Notes: generated by a model from the sequence alone, not told the origin. A stretch of DNA of 64,000 bases from Octopus vulgaris (GCA_951406725.2 OX597835.1:26908001-26972000); one strand, 5' to 3'. Shown: positions 13,557 through 29,064, counted from the stretch's first letter. Translations and numbers: made by a program.

Positions 13557-14297
13557 CTTCTTTTTCTTCTTCTTCTTCTTCTTCTTCTTCTTCTTCTTCT
13601 TCTTCTTCTTCTTCTTCTTCTTCTTCTTCTTCTTCTTCTTCTTCTTCTTCTTCTTCTTCTTCTTCTTCTTCTTCTTCTTCTTCTTCTTCTTCTTCTTCTT
13701 CTTCTTCTTCTTCTTCTTCTTCTTCTTTCCTTACTTTTCCTTCTACCTTCTCTTCTACTCCTTTTTCTGTTCTTCCCCTTCTTTTCCTCCTTCATCTTTT
13801 CTTCTTCTTGCTCTTCTTGTTCTTTTTCTTCCGCTTCTCCTCTTCCTTCTCTTTCTCCATCCTCCTTCTGCTTCTCCGACTTTCAATTTTTCTTCCTGAT
13901 AATTTTTCTTCTCCTCTTCCTCCTCTAGACCCTTCATCTTTTCTCTTCTTCTTTTTCCTCTCCTCCTCCTCCTCCTTATTCTTCATCATCATCTTCTTCT
14001 TCTTGTTTTCCCACTCCTCCTCCACCACCACCTCTTCCTCCTTTTCCTTCCACTTCTGTTCTTCCTCCTCCTCTCCTTCTTCCTTTCATTCTTGTTCTTA
14101 TTCTTGCTCTTCTTTATTCTTCTTCTTTCTTTTCCATCTCCTCTTCTCCTTCTTCGTCCTCGTTGTTCTCTTTCTTTTCTTCTCTCTTTCCTCCTCCTCC
14201 TTCTCTTCTTTCAACTTCTTCACCGTCTTCACCTCCTATTTCTTGTCCGTCTTCTTCATTTCCTCTTTTTCGTCATCTTCCGGTTATGGTTGTTTCT

Positions 14298-14341
<44 letters not shown>

Positions 14342-14570
14342 GCTACTACTACTGCTGCTGCTACTACTACATGTTCTTCGCTTTCTTCGCTTTTTCCTCC
14401 TCCATCTTTGTTCTCTTTCTTTTTCCACTTCCCCTCCACCTCCTCTTCTTCTTCTACTTCCTCTTCTTCTTCTACCTCCTCCTCCTCTTCTTTTACCTCC
14501 TCCTCTTCTTCTACCTCCTCCTCTTCTTCTACCTCCTCCTCTTCTTCTTCCTCCTCCTCTTCCTCCTCAC
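13557..14570. repeat. (CTT)n microsatellite and polypyrimidine low-complexity tract
   Basis: Pure (CTT)n at about 13566-13725, then CT-rich sequence and (CTA)n. Confidence 0.95.
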
Positions 14571-14587
14571 TTCACATTAACTGTTAC

Positions 14588-14697
14588 CTAGCAAGACACA
14601 ATGACTCATTTCGTTGTTGATGGCGGTTTTCAGCTTTTCTTGTATTTGGTTTTTGGCTCTGTCTCGTCTAGCGGAACCACCGACGTTTATTCAATTT
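14588..14697 (-). other. Candidate internal exon (110 nt) with an early stop in every frame
   Basis: Acceptor tatatatttcAG| and donor ctag|GTAACA. It is a unique island between repeats. Confidence 0.45.
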
Positions 14698-14757
14698 CTG
14701 AAATATATACAAATACGTACATACAGACACACACGCATACATACATACATACATACA

Positions 14758-14790
<33 letters not shown>

Positions 14791-14914
14791 GTGTGTGTGT
14801 GTACATATATACTTATACATACATCTGTATATAAAAATACATATATGAATGCATATATATGTGTGTATGTATATACATGGATGGATGTATAAGTATATAT
14901 GTATATATGTATGA

Positions 14915-14976
<62 letters not shown>

Positions 14977-15136
14977 ATAAATATAGATATATATGTATAT
15001 ACATTTATATATATGTATTCATACATAAATATGGATGTATATGTATAAATATAGATATAGATATATATTTAAATTTACATATATGTATATATTTATATAA
15101 ATATACATATATATATATATATGTAAATATATGCAT

Positions 15137-15208
<72 letters not shown>

Positions 15209-15474
15209 ATTTATATGTGCAAACATGTGTGTGCGAGTGCGTATACGTATATGTATATATGCATACATGTGCGTTTGCGTATAAGTGTATAAATATGTAT
15301 ATGCATAATTATATGTGCATCTTTGTGTGTTGTCTGTGTGTGTGTTCCTGATGTGTTTTTAGCAAAAAACCCCACCCTTCCAAATCTATTGAAGTTGTAA
15401 CACGTCATGGATGTTGGGTATTGGTGGTTAGGTTACTTTGGAAAGGGTAAATATGTCGCTGAATAATTCGGTGG

Positions 15475-16480
15475 GTTGGACGGTTGGACGGCTGGTCATT
15501 TGGTTGGGTGGTTGGTTGGTTGGCTGGTTGGTTGGTTGGTTGGTTGGCTGGTTGGTTGGTTGGTTGGTTGGTTGGTTGGTTGGTTGGTTGGTTGGTTAGT
15601 CAGTCGGTCGTTCGGTCAGTCAGGCGGTCGGTTGGTTGGCTGGTTGGTTAGTTGCTTAATTGGTCTGGTTGGCCGGTTGCTTAGTTGCGTGACCGGCTGG
15701 TTGGCTGGTTGGCTGACTTGTGTTGTTGCTTGACTGGTTGTCTTGCTGGGTGGTTTCTTGGCTTGCTGGTTAGTTCGCTGGCTAATTGGCTGGTTGTTCG
15801 GTTGCTTGCTTGGCTGGATAGTTGTCTCGTTGGTTGTCTGGCTGTTTGGCAGGCTTGTTAGCTGCTTCCTTGGCTGATTGCTTAGCTTTTTTTGGCTTGT
15901 TGGTCAGTTGGGTGGTTGGCTGGTTTGTTGGTTGGTTGGTGGGCTGGTTGGTTGGTCGGTCGATCAGTTGGTTAGTTAGCTGGTTGATTCTTTGATTGGT
16001 TGCTTGGCTGGCTGGTTGGCTGGCCTGTTGGCTGGTTGCTTGACTGGGTGGCTTGTTGGATGGTTATTTGGCTGGCTGGCTGGATGGCTGGCGGGCTGGT
16101 TGACTGATTGGCTGGTTGCTTCGGTGGATGCTTGGCTAGGTGCTTGGCTTTCTGGCTTGTTGATCGCTTGGCTGGCTGGCTGGCTGGTTGATTGATTGGT
16201 AGGTCGGTTTATCCGTTGGTCGGTCGATCAGTTGGTTGGTTAGCTAGTTGGCTCTTTGATTGGTTGATTGGCTAGCAGGTTGGCTGGCTTGTTGGTTGCG
16301 TGCTTGACTGGCTGGTTGGCTGTTTTGTCAGTTTGGTTGCTTGGTTGGTTGGCTGGTTGCTTGCTTGCTTGCTTGGCTTGTTGGCTGATTGGTCGGTCGG
16401 CTGGATGGTTGGCTGGTTGTTTGGTTGATCGGCTGGCTGGCTGGTTGGTTGGTTGGTTGGTTGGCTTGTTGGTCGACTGG
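15475..16480. repeat. Degenerate (TGGT/TGGC)n tetranucleotide repeat
   Basis: About 1 kb of GGTT/GGCT variants. Confidence 0.95.
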
Positions 16481-16589
16481 ACAATTGGTTATATTCCAGA
16501 TCATTATCAATGATTTGATTGGAGGGGGGGTCGGTGTAATCGACTAGTCTCCTCCCACAAAATTTCAGGCCTTGTGTTTTTAGCTGAAA

Positions 16590-17706
<1,117 letters not shown>

Positions 17707-17715
17707 TAAAAAAAG

Positions 17716-17915
17716 GCGGTGAGCTGGCAGAATTGTTAGCCCGCTAGACGAAATGCTCAGCGGCATTTCGCCCGTCGCTACGTTCTGAGTTCAATTTCCG
17801 CCGAGGTCGACTTTGCCTTTCATCTTTTCGGGGGTCGATAAATCAAGTACTGGGGTCGATATAATCGACTCTCTCCCTCCTTCAAATTTCAGGCCTTGTG
17901 CCTATAGTAGAAAGG
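17716..17915 (+). mobile_element. SINE family B
   Basis: GGCGGTGAGCTGGCAGAATTGTTAGC head and GAGTTCAATTTCC B-box-like motif, ending in (ATT)n. Confidence 0.85.
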
Positions 17916-17919
17916 ATTA

Positions 17920-17975
<56 letters not shown>

Positions 17976-18530
17976 GAGTGAGCGAGCAGAGCATGCCATC
18001 AAAGGGACACTGGGGTAAAATATACGAAGCCCAGTATACCCATCATGACTACCCGTCTGATAAAGGTACACCAGGCACATGCATCACAACCATATGTGCG
18101 CGACATGGTGATCTCATATCAAGATAAACAGCACATGACCTTGCAGGTGGAGCCCAGTTAGAATTTTCTTCAGATTGAGTAACCCATCCCGCTCAAAAGG
18201 TCCCTGAATAAGGGTTGTTTAAGGACGTTGAACGAAACACCCATGTTTCCAGAGGGGAATTATTCAAACCCCAAAGAATCCTTCTCAACACATGGCTATG
18301 ATGCTCCCCCACTACTTCTGCTCGTGATCAGAGATGCACATATCGTCAGCCACTAAGGGACATGCTCAACTGGTTACGGTCAAACAACTGACAAGCAAAT
18401 CTGTGGTATTGAGCAGAATATTTGCTGTAGCCCATCTTTTATACCAAGACAGAACAATGTACATGATAACACTTCCAATCAGTTAAGATCAGAAGCCATG
18501 AGAGCCACTGCCTGGTACTGCATCAGGGCA
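17976..18530. mobile_element. ~555-bp element embedded in (TAA)n, copy 1
   Basis: Flanked on both sides by (ATT)n and highly similar to 18649-19204. Its first ~40 bp recur after (ATT)n at 7685. Confidence 0.85.
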
Positions 18531-18556
18531 TAATTTTATTATCATTATTATTATTA

Positions 18557-18623
<67 letters not shown>

Positions 18624-18648
18624 CATTATTATTATTATTATTATTATT

Positions 18649-19204
18649 GAGTGAGAGAGCAGTTCATGCCATCAAAGTGACACTGGGGTAAAATATACGA
18701 AGCCCAATATACCCATCATGACTACCCGTCTGATAAAGGTACACCAGGCACATGCATCACAACCATATGTGCGCGACATGGTGATCTCATATCAAGATAA
18801 ACAGCACATGACCTTGCAGGTGGGGCCCAGTTAGAATTTTCTTCAGGTTGAGTAGCCCATCCTGCTCAAACGGTCCCTGAATAAGGGTTGCTTTAAGGAT
18901 GTTGAACGAAACACCTATGTTTCCAGAGGTGAACCATTCAAACTCCAAAGAATCCCTCTCAACACATGGCCATGATGCTCCCCCACTACTTCTGCTCGTG
19001 ATCAGAGATGCACATATCGTCAGCCACTAAGGGACATGCTCAACTGGTTAAGGTCAAACAACTGACAAGCAAATCTGTGGTATTGAGCAGAATATTTGCT
19101 GTAGCCCATCTTTTATACCAAGACAAAACAATGTACATGATAACACTTCCAATCAGTTAAGATCAGAAGCCATGAGAGCCACTGCCTGGTACTGCATCAG
19201 GGCA
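18649..19204. mobile_element. ~555-bp element embedded in (TAA)n, copy 2
   Basis: Direct repeat of 17976-18530 with scattered substitutions. Confidence 0.85.
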
Positions 19205-19230
19205 TAATTTTATTATCATTATTATTATTA

Positions 19231-19407
<177 letters not shown>

Positions 19408-19667
19408 TAGTAGTAGTATGGTGATGGTGATGGTGAAGGTGAGGAGGAGAAGGAAGTAGAGGCGGAGGAGGATGTTTTGTCTTTGCATTAAATTATACAA
19501 GTTTCAATCAGAGACGTCAAGGGGCAACAGGTGTTTGCATCTATTAATGCAAACAGGTGAGGTATCACGCTATTGAAAAAAAAATATCAAAGAAAAGAAC
19601 TGTTGTTTGTGTCTTATACATAACAAAAATATCTGAATGAAATTTTATAAGTTTGAACGAAAAAGGC

Positions 19668-20100
19668 AGACGGTGGCAGTATCGTTAGCGCGCCGGACAA
19701 AATGCTTAGCAGTATTTCGTCCGTCTTTACGTTCTGAGTTCAAATCCCGCCGAATTCGACTTTGCCTTTCAAGGTCAATAAAATAAGTACGACCCAAATA
19801 CTGGGGTCGATGTAATTGATTTCCACCTCCCCTCAAAAACTGCTGACCCTGTGTGAAAATTTGAAAGCAATTTGTCGAGGACAATTGAAGACGGCGAGCT
19901 GGCAGAAGCGTTAACACACCGGGAAAAAAACGCTTGGCGGCATTCAGTAGGTTTTTATGTTCTTAGTTCAAGTTCCACCGAGGTCGACTTTGCCTTTCGT
20001 ACAATTCGGGATCGATAAAGAAGGTACCAGTCGAGTTCTCGGGTCGTTGTAATCGACTTAGCCAAAAACCCAGAATTGCTGGCTTTGTACAAAAATTATC
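19668..20100 (+). mobile_element. Two adjacent SINE family B copies
   Basis: Heads at about 19670 and 19892, with the family B body. Confidence 0.8.
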
Positions 20101-20119
20101 ATTTTCATCATTGAATAAT

Positions 20120-20592
20120 CATTCGACCATGAATGACCTTGAGATTGCACTTAGAAAGTTCCCCTCCGAGGCACAAGTACAGGCAATGTTGTTATGGAAG
20201 GCCAACAGTCGCCCATGCATACCAGTCTCTCCTCTCCACATCATTATATATACATAGGTTAAGATAAAGACCTCCTTCGGTCATGAATGACCATGGGATT
20301 GCACCTATAAAGTTCCCCTCCGTGGTACAAGTCCAGGCAAGGTTGTTTTTATGGAAGACCAACAGTCGCCCATGCATACCAGCCTCTCCTCTCCTCGCTA
20401 CCGATGTTATCCAAGGGAAAGGGGAAAAGCTAATACAGCTTGGCACCAGTGACGTCACAACTCATTTCTCATGGACTGGAGCAACGTGAAATAAAGTGCC
20501 TTGCTCAAGAACACAACACACATCCCGGTCTAGGAATCGAATTCACTACCTCAGATTGTTAGCCTGACGCTCTGACCACTCAACCATGCGCC
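20120..20592 (-). mobile_element. SINE family D (partial plus near-full copy)
   Basis: Homologous to 42938-43273 (-) and 49417-49750 (+). It has a tRNA-like head and the TGTGTTCTTGAGCAAG.CACTTT module. Confidence 0.8.
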
Positions 20593-20630
20593 GGAATATA
20601 TTAAACTGGGTCTTTATTCATTTTGCAACT

Positions 20631-20715
<85 letters not shown>

Positions 20716-21066
20716 AATAAAATAAAAATCGCACCATTTCTTTCCGCCATCAAAAACAAGTAAAGAAACAGAAAACAAACAGCAAGAAAAAGAAACATTA
20801 AAGCCAGATGTACATCAATTCAATAAAACGTCTTCAAGGAAATAGTTTTATCAAAATCTCAAGCAAATTTAATAATCCGTGATGTGATGTATTTGTCTAC
20901 TACAGCTAATTTACATTGTGTTCGGTGTTTGTTAGATCTTTCTACAGTTCAGTTTACATGGGTTAAGGCGTTTATAAACAGATGTATATATATATAAATA
21001 TACATACATACATACACACGCGCATACAATTATATATATATGTATGTATGCATATATATAATTGTG

Positions 21067-21106
<40 letters not shown>

Positions 21107-21400
21107 CACAAAACAAACATATATACATCCGTACATACATGCATACCTATAAATTAATATACATATGTGTGTGTGTGTGTGTGTGTGTGAGTGGTAAGAA
21201 GCGTGCTTCCCAACCACATGGTTCCGAGTTCAGTTCCATTGCGTGGCACCTTGGGCAAGCGTCTACTACTATAGCCTCGGGCCGACCAAAGATTTGTGGG
21301 TGGATTTCGTAGACGGTAACTTAAAGAAACATGTCATGTGTGTGTACATATATATATATATATATATATACATACATACACATACACAAACATACATATA

Positions 21401-21445
<45 letters not shown>

Positions 21446-21561
21446 AGGCGCAATGGCCCAGTGGTAGGGGCTAATGAACAATAACAACGTCCCTTCCAGG
21501 ACAGCCATATTATATTGGCAATTAAATTTTACTTTATATATATATATATACATATATACAT

Positions 21562-21644
<83 letters not shown>

Positions 21645-21694
21645 AGAAAAAGAGGTGACACAGGAAAAATAATGGTTATGTTGTGAACTTCAAT

Positions 21695-21741
21695 AGCTTA
21701 CAACTGTTTCTGCTATAACATCCTATAGCTTCATCGAAGCC
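21695..21741 (-). ncRNA. Type I hammerhead-like motif (UCGAUGA core variant)
   Basis: Minus strand: ggct-TCGATGA-agctata..tatagca-GAAACAGTT-GTA-agct. It lies about 50 bp from (TA)n. Confidence 0.6.
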
Positions 21742-22279
21742 TTGAATATGAAGTGCAATCTATTTGGGGGAAAAGAAATACATTTTTGTAATATATACGG
21801 AAAGTATAACCAGTGAGAAAGTCATTATTGATGTATATAAAATACTGTATATCCATAGGCAATTATGTGTGTGTGTTTGAGTGAGTGAGTGAGTGTGTGT
21901 GTGTGTGTGTGTGTATGTATGAATGCATGTATTGTTGACATCGTGAGGGTTTATAAACTTTCTAGAGTAACGTAGAATTATTCTTTTGGAATTTGATCTC
22001 GAAGTACATATAAAGTTTCAGATAAAAGCATGTATTTATTTTTACCGAAAAACCCTTTTAGGTATACAAGCACGCACACGCACACAAACGGACGTACGCA
22101 CACACATACACACACACACATGCACACATTTTCGAAATCAAAAAGAACGTTATCATGGATAAAAGTATTTTCATTTTTATCAACATGTGCTACCGGTTTC
22201 AATCGGATAGAAAAACAATTTAGTCATATTGAAATAAAATTGAGAATAAATTGAATTAAACTGAATTAAATTAACCTTT

Positions 22280-22640
22280 CATATATCAGTTCTGGGAGTT
22301 CATATAGTTTTCTGATTGTTGCTGTATCGATTTCCATTTCTTGATTTCAGTAAAAATAATTCTCTTCTTTGTAACTGTTTTAGTGTTACAAGCTTATTAA
22401 GCACACATGTTTCTTTGTTCCTACACATGCCTACATTAAACTGCTGGTGTAATTAGTTTCGGTGTCAATATTATGTCTGTTTTTCCCCTTCATATTAAGT
22501 GCACAATAGTAGATCTCTTTCAAGCAGCAGTATCTTTTTAAAATAGTCCCATGGCGGTAGTAGGCGGGAAAATGCTTGTCTAATGTGTGTCGAAACCATA
22601 AGCGTACCCGATTCGCAGCTGATAAGGGTCATTCTCCGGT
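22280..22640 (-). pseudogene. Penelope-like element ORF remnant (RT to GIY-YIG linker region)
   Basis: Minus-strand translations LDKHFPAYYRHGTILKR...YYCALNMKG..RHN and CRNKETCVLN resemble the PLE LDKHFP...SYSCMPN...CNC...CPL segment. Confidence 0.6.
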
Positions 22641-23108
22641 TCAATAAAATGTATTTTCTTTCCTTCATTCATGTTTCCGTTCGCTGTCACTGAATTGTTG
22701 TCACTTGCTTTATGTCCCTAGGTTAGTGCAGCTTTATATTTATATTCTTCCCTAAAATATTACATATGAAATTAGAGGTTAGCAATGAAATTTTATACAA
22801 GGGTAACACTGCTTCGTATTTTTTCTAAATATATATACGTCATGTTGTTATACATCAGAGGGAGGGAAATACAGAAAGAGAGACAAAGAGACAGAGAAAC
22901 AGAGAGACAGAGAGATGGTAATGAACTTTAGAATTTGACTGGTATTGTAGTTGTCGAAGCCTCCTCAATACTTTATCGGCTCCAGGACATTAAAAGTCTA
23001 AGTGAAACACGGCGAGAAGACAGATAGATGAAATAATGTAAAGCGTTCTATCCGATGTTTTAACAACTCTGCCAAGGAACAACCCATTAAATATAGACAA
23101 ATGCATAT

Positions 23109-23163
<55 letters not shown>

Positions 23164-23605
23164 TGCGTGCATACGTGCGTGAGTGAGTGTGAGTGAGTAT
23201 ATGTATGTACGTATATAATTTATATACACGCCCACGCTTGGATACAAACACAAAGACAAAAGCATATACCTACTTACGTAAATACATAGATACGCATACA
23301 GACTCATATATACACACACACACAGATATATATATATATATGTACACAGATATGTACATTATACATATATATATATATATATATACGTTTACATGCGTAT
23401 ATGTGCGTATATCTATGTGTGTGTGTGTATGTGTCTGCATGTGTGTGTATACACATGCAAACACATACGCTATACACGCAATCATATTGTGTGTGCGAAT
23501 GTGAGTGTACATATATATATAGTTTTGTGTCAACCGTTATACGAATATTTGCGTGTACGGGTATAAGAATCGAGGGGAGGAGGCTCGGTCTACGCTATAC
23601 ATTAC

Positions 23606-23724
23606 CGACTGTTCTATGCCAAGACATTTTCTCTTGCCTTTTAACTCTTGTCTTTAGAAGTGCCAAATCCGTCGCTGCGTGAAGAAGAATCTTTCCAATA
23701 ATTTCTTTATCAAAATTCCGAAGA
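23606..23724 (-). CDS. Candidate exon (119 nt) of an unknown spliced gene
   Basis: Acceptor cataatcttaacAG| and donor gtcg|GTAATG. Phase 1 reads [22 protein letters not shown] (stop 23654-23656). The phase-2 frame is open throughout. Confidence 0.45.
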
Positions 23725-23847
23725 CTGTTAAGATTATGTGTGTGTGTGGGGTGTGTGTGGGGTGTGTGTGGGGTGTGTGTGGGGGTGTGTGTGGGGTGTG
23801 TCTCTGTGTGGGTGGGTGGGTGGTTGTGCGTGTGTGGGTGCATATAA

Positions 23848-23900
<53 letters not shown>

Positions 23901-23950
23901 GTCTATATATCTATATATGTATATACATACACATGTATACATACGTATAA

Positions 23951-23996
<46 letters not shown>

Positions 23997-24116
23997 GTCT
24001 ATATATCTATATATGTATATACATACACATGTATACATACGTATAAATATATATATATATATATACACACTCACACATACGTAAATGTGCATATCTAGAC
24101 ACAGAACACATACATG

Positions 24117-24194
<78 letters not shown>

Positions 24195-24244
24195 CATTAA
24201 TCACACGGTGCCAGTGTTTCTGCCTACATATACGTCAAGCCATA

Positions 24245-24378
24245 TACGAGGGGTGTATGAAAAGCCTTGTGGTTCAAAAAAAGAAAAAAAACATGGTACA
24301 AGACTTCTGATGACGGTACAACACATCAAGGCTCAAAGACCTTGAAGGCTCAAAACATTTTTTTATACACCCCTCGTA
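24245..24378. mobile_element. 134-bp mariner-type MITE
   Basis: Perfect 14-bp terminal inverted repeat TACGAGGGGTGTAT...ATACACCCCTCGTA, including the TA target sites. Confidence 0.85.
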
Positions 24379-24730
24379 CATATACCTGTTGCTTCTGTTT
24401 TTGTTTTTGTTTTCTTTCCCCAACTAAGAGGCAAATTTCAATTCGTTTACAGTTTTTACGTCCCTCACAACACGATCCTCGTTTCTCTTCGTACACTCTG
24501 TTCTTTTCTACAATTCCTTTATAATTCCCTCTAGTTTTGAATTTTATACTTATTATTGTCATCATTCTCTACACGACTTTCCCCTAATTCGCATCGAAGG
24601 TAAACTTTAGATCGATCACGTTGAAATGCACTTTAACCTATCTGTTCTATTATCAAAATGGTAAGAACCGTGGCTCTGCTAGGCAGGTCTAGACACCACC
24701 TGATTCAGTCTAGTTGCACTTTCGATTTTT

Positions 24731-24765
<35 letters not shown>

Positions 24766-24779
24766 TATTATTATTATTA

Positions 24780-24833
<54 letters not shown>

Positions 24834-24839
24834 GTTTAC

Positions 24840-24925
24840 GTTCCCCTAACAAAAAATTGAAATACACAATGCTGCACACACCCCAGCAACACGGAGGTAT
24901 AGCAAATGATGCAGTAGATATTTGC
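24840..24925 (-). CDS. Candidate exon (86 nt)
   Basis: Acceptor ttttgttatttcAG| and donor gaac|GTAAAC. Phase-2 frame QISTASFAIPPCCWGVCSIVYFNFLLGE. Confidence 0.45.
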
Positions 24926-25176
24926 CTGAAATAACAAAATGTTGAACAACAACAACACCAATAATACAACCGTTGTGTAGAAAAGAACATTTACTGCCAT
25001 AACGCTATCTTTAAGGTAGCATGTTAGCACTAACAAACACGTTTGAGTGCATGTGCGTTTGTCAATATCAGTTTGTTTTTAAAGTGGTTAAATTAAGCAC
25101 AATGAAAAGTTTAAGGTTAAGAAATAAAACTGAAACTTAAACAATTTAATGTGATTGAGGTAAGAATAGAACTTAC

Positions 25177-25254
25177 ATCACTGAGATTCCGCTCGGATAC
25201 AACCACGTGTTTCCTTCATTGGACAAATAAAGATGTGGCCTTATAAATCTAAAT
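25177..25254 (-). CDS. Candidate exon (78 nt, symmetric phase 2)
   Basis: Acceptor ctgtattttcAG| and donor tgat|GTAAGT. The only open frame is FRFIRPHLYLSNEGNTWLYPSGISV. Confidence 0.55.
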
Positions 25255-25477
25255 CTGAAAATACAGGTTGCTGACATATAAACTTCCGTTTAATATCCAC
25301 TTCTACAACGAGCCAGATTTAGTTAGCCGAAGTCTGAGCCAATGACGAACGCTCAGATGTGGTCGCTCGATTTGTTAGAAACACCAGTCAAATTTTACAA
25401 AAAATAACAAGTAAGCTTTCGTTTTCCAAAAGCAAAATGAATGATGAAGCGGCCCTGGTTAAATACGCTGCGAAAGA

Positions 25478-26060
25478 AGGCGGAGAACTGGCAGAAGCGT
25501 TAGCACGCCGGGCGAAATGCGTAGCCGTATTTCGTCTGCCGTTACGTTCTGAGTTCAAATTCTGCTGAGGTCGACTTTGTCTTTCATCCTTTCGGGGGTC
25601 GATTAAATAAGTACCAGTTACGCACTGGGGTCGATATAATCGACTTGGTCCGTTTGTCTGTCCTTGTTTGTTCCCTCTGTGTTTGGCCCCTTGTGGGTAG
25701 TAAAGAAATAGGTATTTCGTCTGCCGCTACGTTCTGAGTTCAAATTCCGCCGAGGTCGACTTTACTTTTCATCCTTTCGGGGTCGATTAAATAAGTACCA
25801 GTTACGCACTGGGGTCGATATAATCGACTTAATCCGTTTGTCTGTCCTTGTTTGTACTCTCTGTGTGTAGCCCTTTGTGGGCAGTAAAGAAATAGGTATT
25901 TCGTTTGCCGCTATATTCTGAATTCAAATTCCGCCGAGGTCGACTTTGTCTTTCATTCTTTCGGGGTCGATAAATTAAGTACCAGTTACGCACTGGGGTC
26001 GATTTAATCGACTTAATCCCTTTGTCTGTTCTTGCTTGTCCCCTTTATGTTTAGCCCCTT
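25478..26060 (+). mobile_element. SINE family B with one head and three tandem ~184-bp bodies
   Basis: The GTATTTCGT unit starts at 25527, 25712 and 25896. Confidence 0.9.
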
Positions 26061-26304
26061 GGCTGAATGTGCATCCAGGCTCAGCGGTTGCATAGGAAAT
26101 CGGGGACAATAAACAGGAACAAAGTGTGAGAGAAAGTTGGAGCGAAAGAGTACAACAGGGGTCGCCACCACCCCCTAGCGGAGACTCGTGGAGGATGCCC
26201 GAGATCCTAGAAGCCACACACAAACGCACACACGCACATACAGAACGGATTTTATATAAGAGATAATGCTATCTCAAGTACATATCTTGGTTCATACATT
26301 ACTG

Positions 26305-26612
26305 GTACTCCGTCGGTAGCAACGGCGATGGTTCTAGCTGATCCGATCAATGGACCAACCTGCTCGTGAAACTAACATTCATGGGATTGGGCACTCCAGA
26401 GACACGCGTACCCTTAATGCAGTTCGCAGGGAGATTCTGCGTGACACAGAGTATGATAAGGCTGACCCTTATGAATTACAGGTACAATTCATTTTTACCA
26501 GTTGAGTGGACTGGGGTAACGTGGAATAAAGTGTCTTGCTGAAGGACACAACGCGCGGCCGGGAATCGAACTCACCTTCATGGGTCGAATATCCTCACCG
26601 CCATGCTACGCA
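26305..26612 (-). mobile_element. SINE family E (family D-type middle with family C-type tail)
   Basis: Tail homologous to family C and middle module homologous to family D. Other copies lie at 47017 (-) and 48945 (+). Confidence 0.75.
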
Positions 26613-26619
26613 CCTTCAA

Positions 26620-27480
26620 ACACATACTTACATATATGCATAATACAGACGTAGATACATATATACACACAAATAGACATACATACATACATATATGCAC
26701 ACACACAAATACATACATACACACACGCATGCATACATGCATAAATATATGCATTCACACATACATACATACATAATGCATACATGCATACATAATGCAT
26801 GCATGCATACATTCAAACATTCATACCTACATACATTCATACATACACATACCTACCTACATACATACATACATTCATACCTACATACATACATACATAC
26901 ATACATACATACATTCATACATACATTCATACATACATTCATACATACATTCATACATACATACATACATGCATATATTCATACATACATTCATACATAC
27001 ATTCATACATTCATACACACATACATACATACATATATACATACATACATACATACATACATACATTCACACATACATACATACATACATACATACATAC
27101 ATACATACATACATACATACATACATACATACATACATACATACATGCATGCATACATACATTCATACATACATTCATACATACATACATACATACATAC
27201 ATACATACATACATACATGCATATATTCATACATATATACATACATACATACATACATACATACATTCATAGATACATTCATACATACTACATTCAAACA
27301 TATACATACATTCATACATTCATATACACATACATACATACATACATACATTCACACATACATACATACATACATACATACATTCATACATACATACATA
27401 CATACATACATACATACATACTTACATACATACATACATACATACTCATACCTACATATATACATACATTCATACATACA

Positions 27481-27515
<35 letters not shown>
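26620..27515. repeat. (CATA)n microsatellite
   Basis: Seen directly. Confidence 0.95.
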
Positions 27516-27520
<5 letters not shown>

Positions 27521-28273
27521 AACTGCCAAATCGACTGCCCAGGCTTCGGTCGGCCCGAGGCCACATTACTGGGACGGGAGCCATCCTATGTATGATTTTT
27601 TTCTTCAATAAAACTCAAAGAAAAGTCATACATACAACGGTTTCAGTCCCACAGCCCCTTGGGCAAGTTCTTCAGCTATTGCCTCGATCTGACTAAACCC
27701 TAATGAGTAAATTTGTTAGACGTATACTAAAAGATGCCCATCCTATATATATGTCTATTTATGTGTAAATGTATCTTTGTGTCAGCGTTTGTTTCCCACC
27801 ACCACCACCACCACTACCACCACGGCTTGACAGCCGGTGATGGTGTGATTACGTCCCCCGAAACTTAGCAGTTCGGTAAAAGAGGCCGTTAGAATAATTC
27901 CCAAGCTTTAAAAGGAATAAAAGTACTGGAGTAGATACATTTGATCAAAAATTGCTCGGGGCAGTGCCCCAGCATGACCGCAGTCTAATTACTGGGACAA
28001 AGAAAGTGGGATAAAAATATATTACTCTAGTGACTACAGCCCTTTAAATGAATCCCTGCTGAGCATCTCAGACCGTTTAAAAGTACAGCCGCCCCCATCA
28101 GCTGTTGCAGAAAACCATTATTTTCGGAATCGTAAGCTTATTTACCTTCAATAAGGCATCGCAAATGGATGGATATGCATTGCTCACGTATTTACGCACA
28201 CTTCCTTTTTCTGTCTATCATGTACAGAGGCATATATTTACACACGCTCACACATATATGTATACATATACAT

Positions 28274-28306
<33 letters not shown>

Positions 28307-28311
28307 CACAT

Positions 28312-28403
<92 letters not shown>

Positions 28404-29064
28404 GTATATATACATACGCACAAACACACATAATATTATAAGAATAAAGCGTATGCAGACTTGTACATCCGCAAAATTTATTTTGTAGATATATACACCA
28501 TATTATAATGATCTACACGCGTTTCCGTGTATGCATATGTGTGTGTATGTGCATCTGTGTGAGTATGTATATATATTATAGTATGTGTATATAAAGCTGT
28601 ATGTATATCAAGTTATATGTATGCGTGTGTGTATATATACTTTCACACCCATATTAACGAATGTATTATGCTCTACACAGTTGAGATTATTATAGAATCA
28701 GTATATATAAACCTCCTCCAGGTGTGTTTAAAAGAATCACTCAAGCAATTCACATAACAGGTGAAAGTGTAGGACGTATTTATTTTTACAAAACATGCAT
28801 GGATCACTTTATAATTTTGCTAATTATGTAGACTAAACCACACCGAAGAAGTCAAGTAAGACCGGAAGATGTACTTTGCTTCTTCGGTTGGTTTTTAAGA
28901 CTGGAACCACTCAAATCTGCATTCGCTACATTCTTCAAACTAACTTGCCGGAAGTTATCTCCCCTGGCTTTTTAAATTATATTTTAAACACTTCTAAAGG
29001 GACATCTTTTTTTTTGTTTCTATTAAATTCTTTGACAAACTCAGTCGATCGAAGTTTTTCTCTC

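Noticed and set aside
25478-26060. CRISPR-like array
   Set aside because: Whole units repeat without unique spacers, the context is eukaryotic, and there are no cas genes.
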